From positions 4,079,659 to 4,143,658 of the forward strand of contig OZ316895.1 in NCBI GenBank assembly GCA_973895155.1: a stretch of 64,000 nucleotides of DNA, given 5' to 3'. This stretch comes from Marsupella aquatica. Lineage: Eukaryota; Plantae; Marchantiophyta. A model generated the notes under the pieces. That model was not told where the DNA came from, did no database searches, and was given only the letters and a program-made list of their open reading frames with translations. Below, in pieces: positions 52,560 through 63,926 of the stretch. Each line of letters begins with the position of its first letter. Within the stretch, counting starts at the first letter, position 1. Both the position numbers and the translations under genes were made by a program.

Positions 52560-54050
52560 TTACTTGCCAAAGTCCGTCAGAGAATTTTAGGCAATATTGG
52601 ATGCCAAGGGTCCTTCGTTTTGGAGGAGAGGACTAAGATTATACTAATTAAAATCTAACAAGCTAGATATATACCACACTGCCACCAAAGCCAAAACCTG
52701 AAACAGGACAGGATCCCAAAGGCAAAAAACCCAATAAAGTGGGGAGCAATGGGGAAATAGAAAGACCCCAAGGAGTTTCCTGAAAAACTAAGCCGAGCAA
52801 AAACATTTCTAGACCTTCAAAGCTCCTCTAATGGGGGAAGGGAAAAGCTTGACCGATATAATTGATTAATTAAGATCGCCATAGACTTAGAAAGTAAGAT
52901 ATTGGTTCGTTAACATTGGAATTTTCAAAGTAGTTTGTCCAGGTCAATTAAAGTATCCACTACTTTATGGGTTGATTGTTTAAGGATGTTCTTAGTCCAT
53001 CATTGCACTGATGATTTCGTTTGCAGGCAACATGACAAAATGTTATGGGACAGATCCACATATAGTCTCCATAAACGACAAGCAACTTGAAAAAGGTCCA
53101 GGATAGTGCTTTATCATGAAGAATCGCTTAATAAGCATGTGGTCCACCGTTACTCTCCTTCTTTGGAACTCTCGTGTCTTACCCAATCATTGTGTGTACT
53201 CAGCCATATATTATTTGAAATCCGTTTTCAGGGTTTCATCCTTTATTCTTTGCACTGGTAGACAACCTCGTCCTTGGATATTTTTGTCGATGGATCTATT
53301 GGTAAATGTCATGCATATCTGGTTGGTTATGAACAGAGTTGATCACTCAGATCTTTCAGCAAATAATTAGCCCCATTAATGAGAGAGAAAGGATCCTCCG
53401 CTCAATGTTGTGTGCTGCCCCACTAGGAAGTTTGTCTCCTGCAGAATTTGAAGATATGAGGGTAGTTGTCGTCCCTACTAGTGTATGTAGAATTACAAAT
53501 TTTGAGCACCTGACCTCAGCAACCACAGTTTTGTCTGGTGCGGTCACAAGGTCAAATCTCTGGGACAGCACATTTTGCATAAAAGAAGTTTGGCACTTAA
53601 ACCACAGTTGCACATGTAAAAGCTACAGGATAAGTAACCCATAGCTCTCATTTCAGTACAAATGGAGGGATGAACAGGAGTGTTGGGGTGAAAGTCCAAT
53701 ATTCACTGTTACCAGAAATAGTAGCTGGGAGGGGGGCCTCTTACATGGGCCTTAAAGATTTGTGTGGTTTAAGAAACTTTGAGACAATTTGATTCCTTAC
53801 ACATTAATGGGACCAGCACCTCAAGGAACGGGCACTGGGCAGCTTCTAAGAAGTGGGACCTTAAATGAGATTCCCAAGACCAGTTGTCCACGTGAATAGC
53901 CAGTTGTTTCCCTTTGGTTTCCCTTTCTTGCTTTAAACCACCACTAGCCACTACAAAAACCTGGTTACACCAGGTTTCACCTTAATAATATCCTTTCCTG
54001 AATTTGTGAAGCAATATGGAAAGGGAGAGGAGAAGAAGGAGAGGAAAGTG
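52560..54050 (-). mobile_element. Degenerate APE-endonuclease/RT LINE relic
   Basis: Minus-strand remnants in the expected order: GETW (~53975), SQRFDLV (~53550), NGFQ (~53220), KALSWTFFKLLVVYG (~53110-53070), LGI (~52605). Confidence 0.45.
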
Positions 54051-54859
54051 GAAAAGGGAGAAGACTTGGACACTTGCCCCTTTTATATGGCTACCGTAGT
54101 GGCAGTTTAAAAGAAAAAGACACACAGAGTTGTTTTGGGTGTCTGGGGTCACCAACCAAACATAGTTGAAACCACTCCCATGCACAATAGATGTTTCCAT
54201 GCTGGTTTTATTCACCCCAGTTTTATAAAGTAGTAAGAAATAAACAAGTTGTTTAGAGCACAAATAGATAATCTGAAGTATTTCATACATTTTGTTCAAC
54301 ATTCAAACCTGAAAGTTTACAGAGTATTTGTATATCTAATATTCAGAACATAAATATCTTCATAAATAGGGATATTTCATTTAGCTCAAGATCAGATATG
54401 GTATCCAAAAATAACCCATTCAAGTTTGAACTCAGACAAAGTTTTATTTAACCCAAAATCATGATTTGTTACGTACTTATGACCCCACTATGCAAGGTAT
54501 TTGTTATTATGGTTTTTTAATTGCATTACAAAACCCTAAGAAAATCCATGTCGACCTCCAATTCTCATCCTTTCCTACTGACATGTTAATGTAACCATTT
54601 AGCAACCCATTAGATTCCCAGTCAGATTGAATTGCTATGACGGAGGCTATGACAGTGGATCTTGTCGAAGTGGGGCATTGAGGTTGATTTTTTGTGGTGG
54701 GGGGGAAGAGCTTGTCCATGCAAGTGTTTGGCAACTGATCCACACTGGCTGTTTCTCTGTCACCCTATAATTTCTCACATCACCCTTTTGTTTCTCCCTG
54801 TAGACAAAGGGATAGACACCAGCACCAAATACGTAGAAAGTGGCTTTGCTAGGGAATCT

Positions 54860-55625
54860 TAACTATATTTGTGGTTGTCCAATTGGCTAAGTGAGAGGGA
54901 CCACTTCTTCCGGTTTGGGAGGTGTTTTTATATTAACAGTGTTTGTGGTAAGTTGTACCCTTGGCTAAGTAGGGCTATTTCTGTAATGATTACAGTAGTT
55001 TTGGTGTTGAATTCTCTTAACTGAATGTGCGGTAAGTTGTTTGATTGACTAAGTGGGGCCACTTGTTTGTTGATTACAGTGGTATGGGTAGTGAATTATC
55101 TTAACTGTATTTTTGATAAGTTGTACGGTTCACTAAGTGATGCCACTACTTTAGTGATTACATTAATTTGAGTAGTGAAATATCCATTAACAGTATTGCC
55201 TTTCTTAAACCACACCTGCCCATATAAAAGTCTTATCCCTCCCTAGTATGCCTCATTCCTGTCCTGTGGTGAATACTATTCCACCATAAATGGTGGAGCA
55301 CTTGCAAATAAAAATTTATGTACTCACACCACTTTTGTGGAGCTCAAGTCCATTCTTGAACCTGCGAGCTATGGGTAACCCATAGCTGTTTATATGTGCA
55401 CTGGTAGTTTAACTAAAAGGGACCACTTCTTCACTACTCAAATTAGTGTCATTAGGTGGTAAATATTCTTAACATTGAGTATTTGTAGGAGTTGTCCCGT
55501 CAACTAAGTGGGCCACTTGTTTAGTGATTACATTAGTTTCATGGTACCTTATATATATTACCAGTATTTGTGAAAATAAATGTTGTCTGAACGACTAAGT
55601 TAGACCACTTTTTAAGTGATTACGT
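54860..55625. repeat. Degenerate ~84-bp tandem repeat array, interrupted
   Basis: TTAAC....TTTGTGGTAAGTTGT....CTAAGT..GCCACT...GTGATTACA units at about 54860, 54933, 55017, 55101, 55187 (partial), 55469 and 55558. Confidence 0.8.
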
Positions 55626-56145
55626 CGGGGATTACGTTATTTTGGGTGGGTGAATTGTCTTTTTTCTTCCTCTTGAATGTAGTACTTTACTCATATAAAA
55701 GGTAAAACCCAATAAAAATGAGGAGTAACAGCCAGAACCAAAAAGGAACCAAGGCCAAGAACCACACCAAGACCAAACACGTTCAGTCAAGCTAGAGGGA
55801 AGAAGCCATTGAAGATCCAACTAACGGATCAACTAATTGCAGAAAAAGACAAGAGCTGCAGAAAAGTAAAGAGCCCGGGACCACAACAAAAGCAAGGCAA
55901 ATCCCAAAGGCCAAAACAAGAAAGAATTCATGGGGGTTCAAAAGCCCATAATGGACTGCATTTGTCAACTAAGTAACAGAGACCTCCATTATAACCCAAA
56001 TCCCAATTTTCCAGCCAATTCCTGCCACCAACCATTGTTCTCCTTAGTTATGACAATTCAGCTCATTTTGCCAAATGATCCATAAGCACAATTGGATTTA
56101 TGACCAGATCTTGATCTTTAAACCCATTACAGAAATATTGATAGC

Positions 56146-56489
56146 TGTTGAGCATAGACGACATTCACAACTGCAAGCCCATGAACCATCCAACGCACAA
56201 TAGTCGACACAGAGAGATACGTGGTTCACCTCCACATGAGGCTACGTCCACGGGAACACACAAGAGCTTTACTGCAGTCTAGGCCGACCGGCCATACCAA
56301 ACATCCACAGCACAAGCTCTCCTTATCTCTCAACTAGCTCCGTAACAATGAGCCTAAGTTCCACCAGGGTCTGGCATCAGCCCTGACTATATGCACAACA
56401 GCACTACCGCTAACATTAACTAAGTCCTAACCCGAGTTAGCCTAACTGTAGTTAGCTCATGAGTCACAAGACTAGAGCAATATCTAACA
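56146..56489 (-). repeat. 3' LTR of Ty1/copia element (344 bp)
   Basis: TGTTG...TAACA termini. On the minus strand it is immediately preceded by the PPT AAGGGGGAGTT (56490-56500). Confidence 0.85.
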
Positions 56490-59393
56490 AACTCCCCCTT
56501 GACTCTTGTCTTGGGGACTGGACTAAATGCTACCATATGGAATCCTCAGCGAGAAGTTCTAGACAATCACCAAACTAGGTCTCCCCCTAAAAACCACAAG
56601 GGTTAACTAAAGGTTAACTAGAACTAAGCCGTAGCCAAACAGGAATGAGTAATCCATATACAAATAGTCACACATTGCTAAATAACTCTACTTGCACTAC
56701 AACTGCAAAACCTGCAAAGTAGCACGGTGTCTTGAGAAACTCTCCAAAGGAATCACTTTGGTAAAGGCATCAGCGGGATTGAGCTTTCCATCAATCTTGA
56801 CTAGCTCAAAAGTTTTATCAGACACTGCTTGCCTAATAAAATGGTACCTGATATCAATGTGCTTCACCCTGCTATCCATCACCTGGTTAGCAGCCAAGTG
56901 AAGAGCACTCTGACTATCACAGTTTAGAGTCATTTTGCCATGCTCTAAACCCATCTTCGCGATCAACTTGTCCAACCAAATTGCTTCCTTCGCTGCTTCT
57001 GTTGCTGCAACATACTCTGCTTCTGTAGTAGACTAAGATATACACTTCTACAAGGTAGATTTCCAACTGATACATCCTCCTCCAAGAGTGTATACAAACC
57101 CAGTTGTAGACCTCCTTGTATCCAGACAGCCTCCATAGTCAGAATCTACATAGCCAACTAATGTTCTATCTGATCTGTTATCAAATAGTAATCCATAGTC
57201 CTGTGTTCCCTTTACATACCTGAGAATCCATTTCATAGCTTCCCAGTGTACCTTCCCTGGATTTGACATGAATCTGCTAACCTTGCCCATCGCTAGGGCC
57301 AAGTCAGGCCTAGTACAAGTCATCAAATACATCAGACTGCCTACTGCCTTCTCATAAGGAATCTTAGCCATCAAACCTTTCTCCACAACATCTGTAGGAG
57401 AGAAAGCCAATGATAAGTTGAAATGTGAAGCTAAAGGAATAATACTCACTGGCTTGCAATTCTCCATGTTGAATCGTGCAAGTACTTTCCTCGCGTACTG
57501 GCCTTGACTCAAGCACAATTGTCCAGTATCAGAGTTCCTAAAAATCTCCATCCCTAAGATCCTCTTGGCTTTACCAAGATCCTTCATCCTGAATTCAACA
57601 CTCAATTTCGCCTTGAGACTGTCAACCTCAGATTGATCTTTAGCCACAATCAGCATGTCATCCACATAGATTACCAGAATAATGAAACCAAATACATCAT
57701 TCTTGACTGATTTCGTATACACACAAGGATCATACACCATCCTTGTAAAACTTTGACCAAACATGAAATCATCAAACCGCTTGTTCCACTGTCTGGGAGA
57801 CTGCTTCAATCCATACAAGGACTTGAGCAATCTACAAACTAAGTTCTCTTGGCCTTTCTTCATAAAGCCTAGTGGCTCTCTCATGAAGATCATCTCTTCC
57901 AAGTTGCCATAGAGAAAAGCAGTAACAACATCCATCTGATCCATCACCAGATTAAAAAACACAATAAGCTAACACAAGATCCAAATTGTGGAATACTTAG
58001 CCACCGGTGAAAAGACCTCATTGTAATCCACTCCTTTCTCCTAAGTGAACCCCTTGGCAACAAGCCTTGCCTTGTAGATCTTGTCTCCACCCTCTGAAGG
58101 ATTGTCCTTCAACTTGTAAATCCACTTCTGTCCACCACTTGCTGACCTCTTGGAAGCTCCACCAGCTCCCATGTCTTGTTGTCAGTCAAAGATTGCAACT
58201 CCCTCTACATTGCTGCATTCCACTCATGCTTCTGCTCTGAAGCACAAGCCTCATTGTATGAAGAAGGTTCTCCTTCTTCAAGATCAAAGCCATGTCATCA
58301 TCATCAGGTGCAATGTCAATATCATCTAGCTTAGATGAGTTTGCCCATTGACCATACCTGGTAGGAGCTCTAGTAGAACGACTAGAAGTTCTTCTAGTAG
58401 ATGACTCAGGCTGATCTGATGCTGATGCTGGCTGAATTTGAGGTACCCCAACAACAATTTGCTCCTCTTGTTCTATCACAGGAACCAGCTCCAAGCCCAG
58501 AGCTTCTTCAACTCTCCTGTCATGAACAGCATCATGACTGATCTCCCCCTCAACCCAGTCCGGGATGGGAGATTTCCCCTTGTCAGTATGGGAGTCCTGA
58601 GAACTCTCCCCCTCCTTTGATGATCTGGATTCATTAAAGGACACATCTCTACTGACAATTAACTTACAGGTTAGTGGATCCCATAACCTATAACCCTTCA
58701 CACCTTTCTAATAGCCAAGGAAAATGCACTTCTTTGACTTGGACTCCAGCTTGGATCGAAGCTGGGAAGGTGTAAGCACATAAGCATCACATCCAAAAAT
58801 CCTCAGATGTGAGTAATCTGCTGTACGCCCGCACCTCATTTCAAATGACGTCTTGAATCCAATAGAACTGGATGGAGAAAAATTTACCAAATAAGCTGCA
58901 GTGTTGACAGCTTCAGCCCAAAACTCATGTGGTAAGCATGATTGACTCAACATACTCCTCGAGCGGTCCAATAGTGTTCAGTTGAGTCTCTCAGAAACAC
59001 CATTCTGTTGAGGAGTATAACTTGTAGTGAGATGGCGGGTAATCCCCTGCTCCTTACAATACGTTCCAAATTTACCAGAACTGTATTCACCGCCGTTATC
59101 CGATCGTAGATATCTCACCTTATTACCAGTCTGATTCTCTACTTGGGCTTTCCACTCCTTAAAAGTGGCAAAAACATCAGACTTATTGTGTAGAAAGTAT
59201 ATCCACACATACCTTGAGTAATCGTCTATGAACGTGACATAGTATAACCGTCCAGAATGTGAGGGAGTAGGGACTAGACCCCACACATCACTATGTACAT
59301 ACTCAAGTACCTCCTTGCTGGTGTGAGTTCCAACTCCGAAGGGTTTCCTGTGCTGCTTCCCAAGTACACAGTGCTCACAAAATTCCAACTTAA
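56146..59393 (-). mobile_element. Ty1/copia (Tnt1-like) LTR retrotransposon, 3' half: integrase-RT-RNaseH, pseudogenised and truncated by an insertion
   Basis: CEHCVLGKQ, HSDVWG, FIDDYSR, LRSDNGGEY, TPQQNGVSERLN (integrase); QMDVVTAFL, SLYGLKQSPRQW, YVDDML (RT); DSQSALHL, KHIDIRYHFIR, NPADAFTK (RNase H). The INT-before-RT order defines copia. Confidence 0.97.
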
Positions 59394-59638
59394 ACACGAT
59401 TTTGGACCGACCGAGAAGTGTGACACACTTCTCGTTTAGCCCGATTCCATTTTTTTTCTAAGGCAATGCAATCTCCGATAAAACTGCCGAAAAATTTTTA
59501 AAAATGAGTTGCCTACATTGCATCACCGCGGGAATGTAGGGAGCGATACGTGCATCGGGTTTTACATTCGGTCTATGAAAAAGTCCGAACTGCGAGTAAC
59601 TTGGTCCAAAACCACGTAATCAAGGGTCGACCACGCAC

Positions 59639-59712
59639 TAACCCAGGTTAAGGCAAAAAGTAACCATGGTTAAGGGGAAAATTTACCATGGTTAGAGCAT
59701 CCCCTATATAAA
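59639..59712 (+). promoter_or_regulatory. Putative promoter: three TAACCATGGTTA-like boxes at 22-bp period plus TATA box
   Basis: Boxes at 59639, 59661 and 59683; TATATAAA at 59705-59712. Confidence 0.5.
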
Positions 59713-60011
59713 GAGGAGCGGGCTGCCCATAAAAAGTTTATTTTCGCCGGAGCGAATAACACCTCACTCAGAGTGAATACTGAACTCCTATCAAGTCTTG
59801 CATTCCTGCCAAGAGACTTGACTCTTTCTCCAGAGAACCCGATAAATTTATCGGAACTACCATTCCAATCGAGTATCATCCATGTAAGGTTGACTTGTCA
59901 TTTGGTGTCAATGTCCTGATCCGAGAGGATTGCGATAAATTTATCGCATTCTGCATTCCTCTATTGCATTCCTTTGATCCAGTGCGCATTCATTCCATAA
60001 ATTATATTCAA

Positions 60012-60347
60012 GGTCCGATAAATTTATCAAAGTTTCCATTCCTATGATTGATTGAAGATTGCTTGAGACTCCGATAAATTTATCGGAGTTTCCATTCCTG
60101 TGATTGATTGAAGATTGCTTGAGACTCCGATAAATTTATTGGAGTTTCCATTCCTATGATTGATCGAAGATTGCTTGAGACTCCAATAAATTTATCGGAG
60201 TTTCCATTCCTGTGATTGATTGAAGATTTCTTGAGACTCCGATAAATTTATCGGAGTTTCCATTCCTGTGATTGATTGAAGATTGCTTGAGACTCTGATA
60301 AATTTATCGGAGTTTCCATTCCTGTGATTGATTGAAGATTGCTTGAG
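60012..60347. repeat. 56-bp tandem repeat x6 containing a 22-bp palindrome
   Basis: ACTCCGATAAATTTATCGGAGT-TTCCATTCCTGTGATTGATTGAAGATTGCTTGAG at 60068, 60124, 60180, 60236 and 60292, plus a variant at ~60012. Confidence 0.97.
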
Positions 60348-60534
60348 TGTGTGAGGGAGTCATGTCTTCAAGATGAATGCGAGATGCGATAAAGTTATCG
60401 CACCCTCCTGTGAGACTCATCTTCCTCTGTTTTGTTTGGAGACTCATCTTCCTCTATGATGTCGCAGTGCTGCAGGGTTTAGGAGGCACAACAAAAGGTC
60501 GATTGCACTTGGTGGATCAAAGGTATAGTGACAA

Positions 60535-61007
60535 ATGGCTATCTTAATTCAAAATCGTGTCAAACGTGCACGCCGGTTGTACAAGAAACTCGTGCAACGT
60601 AAAGTTCTCCCCATTGGTATGGATGGGTGGTACTAATCCCGGAGATAGGCAAAATCCTCTCTGGATTGAGTTCTGCGGAATGAATGGTGCAGGAGTTCCA
60701 ATCCGTTCGAGGTTGATGTTAACGGCGTGTCTCCATTCTTTGGAGTTTTCCTGTAACTATTGTTGTCGTCGTCTTGACAACAAGTATCATAAATTGGCAT
60801 ACTTATGTTGTCAGATTTGGAACGAGGACCCTTGGGTCAACCTTTCACAATGAGTATTGCGACCTTCACATTGAGGCGCGTTTTGTAAGGACACATTTAA
60901 GTAAACAAGTCCTACCCATGTGCAGTGAATACAATATGGTCCGAGTCCTAATCTTTAAACTGTCATGCAGGGTTGGTACTATGGATATCTTCGGTTACAC
61001 CTGGTGA
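60535..61007 (+). pseudogene. Possible disrupted orphan ORF (basic, Cys-rich)
   Basis: Overlapping frames MAILIQNRVKRARRLYKK / ..CNYCCRRLDNKYHKLAYLCCQIW / HNEYCDLHIEARF suggest one frameshifted gene; no family recognised. Confidence 0.3.
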
Positions 61008-61047
61008 TTGAAGGTATTTTTATTGGTGGTTTTGGTAGCTCTGCTTC

Positions 61048-61611
61048 ATGGCTGCGTCGGAGAACCTAATCGTTGCTAAGATGGCATCCGTATTAGCCCA
61101 CGAGCGTAGGAAATATATTCAAGGAAAAGTGCCTGGTGTGGAATGCAAAATTCTATTGAATGGACTTCCTGATCAACTCGTTGAATCTCACATTTGGCCT
61201 CTCTTGGCGTTGTCTTGCACACAAGATGAACACCTTGGCCTTGACCTAAAACTTTTACCCGAAGAACGACTGGCTCGAATGAGAACAATCATTTGTCTTG
61301 GAGCCACCTCGAAGAAATGGAACCATCTTGTTGTTGGTACATGATTTTGGGCTTTACTGAAATATGCAGTTCGTGAGATTAATGACATAAACCAAATGCT
61401 TGCAAGCATGCCTAATGCCGACCTTCTCTCAAACCTACGTATTGCTAGGGTCTTCCAAGAGGAAACTCATTTCCTCCCTCCCATAGATATGCTTGGGTGC
61501 TTCTCGTATGACCGATTAGATGCGTTTCTTAGAGTTTGGGTGAATCTTAGAGAAAACGGGAAGCGGGAAGCGGACAATTCTTGCATGGCATGGACAAGTC
61601 TGAGTGGATGA
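61048..61611 (+). pseudogene. F-box-like protein gene with one in-frame stop (~187 codons)
   Basis: LLNGLPDQLVESHIWPLL...CLGATSKKWNHLV matches the F-box pattern LP.E....I...L...V(S/C)K.W..L. ORFs 61048-61344 and 61396-61611 are in one frame, separated only by TGA at 61342. Confidence 0.65.
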
Positions 61612-61933
61612 GGCATTGCTGCGAACATCCAATAAATTTATCGCACTCCTCATTCCTTTGGTCAATTTAGTAGTCAATTGTTTTGGGTGCTCTAAGGTTT
61701 GCTCGAGAAGAGCTTGTAAAAAAACACTTTGAATGTAAATGACCCTGTCTCGCCTAACTTTGGGTTGTGTGGTCCAGAGTGTAGTTTTTTGCGCCTCTAC
61801 GGACGATTAGCTGACAAGTGCATTGGCTTCACAGCCCGTTATACAAGGTACTATAAAGTTGAATGAAACTTGTAGAATTGTAATGAGTATGTTCTCCAAA
61901 ATGTATTCCTGATTTCTATTCGCTGATCAGGTC

Positions 61934-62656
61934 ATGCTCGAGCGACGCATTTTTGTACCCTTTGTGGATCCTCTGGAATGGGGGAATGGCGCCTTGATGG
62001 ACCAGCTAAGGAAGCTGGATGAATCACTAATTTTAAAGATTTGCAGGCTGGTAGCAAAACCATTTTATAATAACGCATATCACTTCTACGTAGACCAGGT
62101 AGGGGGAGAAATTTATATCCGGTGGGATAGATATGCTGCATTTTCAAGAAGTATTATCCTACTTTTTCTTAAAACTGGTGCAGTAAAATGTTTTATACTG
62201 CACTGCTGTCATATTATGAAGGGCAATCCTGCCTATGAACCAGAATTCTATGCCCACAACAGACGTAGAGCATTCGATGAGATTCAGGATGTGATTGACC
62301 AGCTGGACAATCCTCTTGCTATCGAGTTTTTGATTGACATTGGTGGGAAGTTATATTCGTGCAGGACTCGTCAACTCCCCCCTAGGCCTCTTTGTCCGTT
62401 ATTTAGGTTAACTTATGTATCTTGTTTATGGACAAATGTCCTTGACAATGGTGAGATGTGTCAGTGTTGCACAAATGCCTGTTGTGACGTTCCGTCACGC
62501 CGCTATTCAGTAGCTGTAGTTAATCCTAAGACCGGTGCCACAGATTTTCATTGGCTGTGGGCCTATGATCATAGGATCACTCATATACCCCAATGGCCCA
62601 AGAAGCTAATCTCTCACTTTGCTGTAGCGCGGTTTGATCTTGGGTGGGATGATTGA
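61934..62656 (+). CDS. Orphan 240-aa protein, possible degenerate N-terminal F-box and C-terminal Cys cluster
   Basis: Uninterrupted ATG-initiated 723-nt ORF with protein-like composition. LRKLDESLILKICRLV resembles an F-box core; CQCCTNACC cluster near the C-terminus. Confidence 0.65.
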   Translation: MLERRIFVPFVDPLEWGNGALMDQLRKLDESLILKICRLVAKPFYNNAYHFYVDQVGGEIYIRWDRYAAFSRSIILLFLKTGAVKCFILHCCHIMKGNPAYEPEFYAHNRRRAFDEIQDVIDQLDNPLAIEFLIDIGGKLYSCRTRQLPPRPLCPLFRLTYVSCLWTNVLDNGEMCQCCTNACCDVPSRRYSVAVVNPKTGATDFHWLWAYDHRITHIPQWPKKLISHFAVARFDLGWDD

Positions 62657-62994
62657 TTAGGCACATTATCACATGTACACTCGGTCATCAATTTAAAGAA
62701 GGCTCACTTTTTGTTTGGACCACTTTTGCGATAATTTTATCGGTGTTGGTCTCATTTTCAGATGTTGACACGTACGATAATGTAATCTCGGCCGTCAATT
62801 TATATCGTGCTCATATTTTTTTGCGATAATTTTATCGGAGTTGGTATCGCTCATGGAATGACCTAATACTTGTACGTGAATGAGGACTTTCTGAGTTCAT
62901 TGTATCAATGTTTGCATGCCGGTTTTTGGTTTTTTGGTTTGTCAGAGCGATAAATTTATCGCTCCTTGCATTCAGATTTGCAGACTTTGTCATC

Positions 62995-63926
62995 ATGGGT
63001 CCTAGTGGGAAGAGTGGATCTGCCGAGGCTGAAAGTCTCATGACAAGCCTCACGAACGCGATTTGGACAAGCGAAGACATTTTTGAAGAGGTCAAGTTCA
63101 TCAAGAAACCGTGGTACTTCCGTGACGCCAGGTTACAATCCAAGGATATGGCAGACTGTGAGTCTCCTATCCTTTGGGTCCAGATGCAAAAATCCGCAAA
63201 GGTTACTCTCTCGTTTGGCCCCGTTGTTGGTGTGGCGATCTGTGAGTACTTGATTAGCCAGGGAGAGGCAAAAGTGTTGAAAGAGGGTCTGAGTTTCTTG
63301 ACAATGTGTGGAGGCAAGGGATTCACCTCTATCATTGTCACCATGGAGAACTTTCTTGAGAAATCCCTTGAGAGTTACCTTGAAGACGCGCTTGTCGCGG
63401 AAGTTAGGTCAGCAAAAGTAATGAATCTTATGGACCCAGCTTGGGTGTGCCAGTTTGTCCAAGATTGTGATCTCATCATGCTACCAAGGGTGAACGCAGA
63501 GTACAAGAGGCTCACAAGTGAAGAATTCAGACCCATCCAGAAAATAGTTATTAAGAGGCCTGGTTCTAACGGGAGTGGAGCTTCATCGGCAAAAGCGCTG
63601 GAGGTACGGCTTTGGACGAGCCCAAAGGTGGTTCGGGGAAGGGAAGTGGCAGGGGGAAAGGGAGAGGGAAAGGGAACATCAGGGAAGATGTTGCTGGTCC
63701 CTCCAAGGGCGGGAGAAGGGGCAGCGGCAATCGTCGAGGTCGTGCAGCCGGTGCAGGTTTAGGCGTTTCGGAAGCGCCTTACATAAATGTAAGCGAGAGT
63801 AGAGGATCTGAGGGATCAAGGCCATCTGGTTCTGGAGTCAGCGTTAAGAGAAAGAGAACCTCGGGGGTCTCACTATATGGGGACCTCCCCATCGCCTGCG
63901 ACGTTTTTAGGCCTTGGACCCCCTAA
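62995..63926 (+). CDS. Orphan protein with globular N-domain and Gly/Arg/Lys-rich tail (probable frameshift or intron near 63600)
   Basis: Open from ATG 62995 to 63762. The overlapping frame 63612-63926 gives GKGSGRGKGRGKG..GGRRGSGNRRGR..KRKR, a plausible disordered basic C-terminus with an NLS. Confidence 0.55.

Noticed and set aside
60012-60347. 56-bp palindromic array as a CRISPR array
   Set aside because: The sequence between palindromes is the same in each unit (no unique spacers), there are no cas genes, and the context is eukaryotic.
59394-60560. 11-bp inverted repeat ACACGATTTTG / CAAAATCGTGT as TIRs of a 1.17-kb MITE
   Set aside because: There is no clean TSD, copia sequence does not resume after 60560, and the palindrome motif continues beyond it.
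62832-63344. 170-aa minus-strand ORF and the N-terminal extension 62908-62994 of the plus ORF
   Set aside because: The minus ORF is an antisense shadow. The extension runs through a palindrome copy and T-rich intron/UTR-like sequence, so ATG 62995 is preferred.
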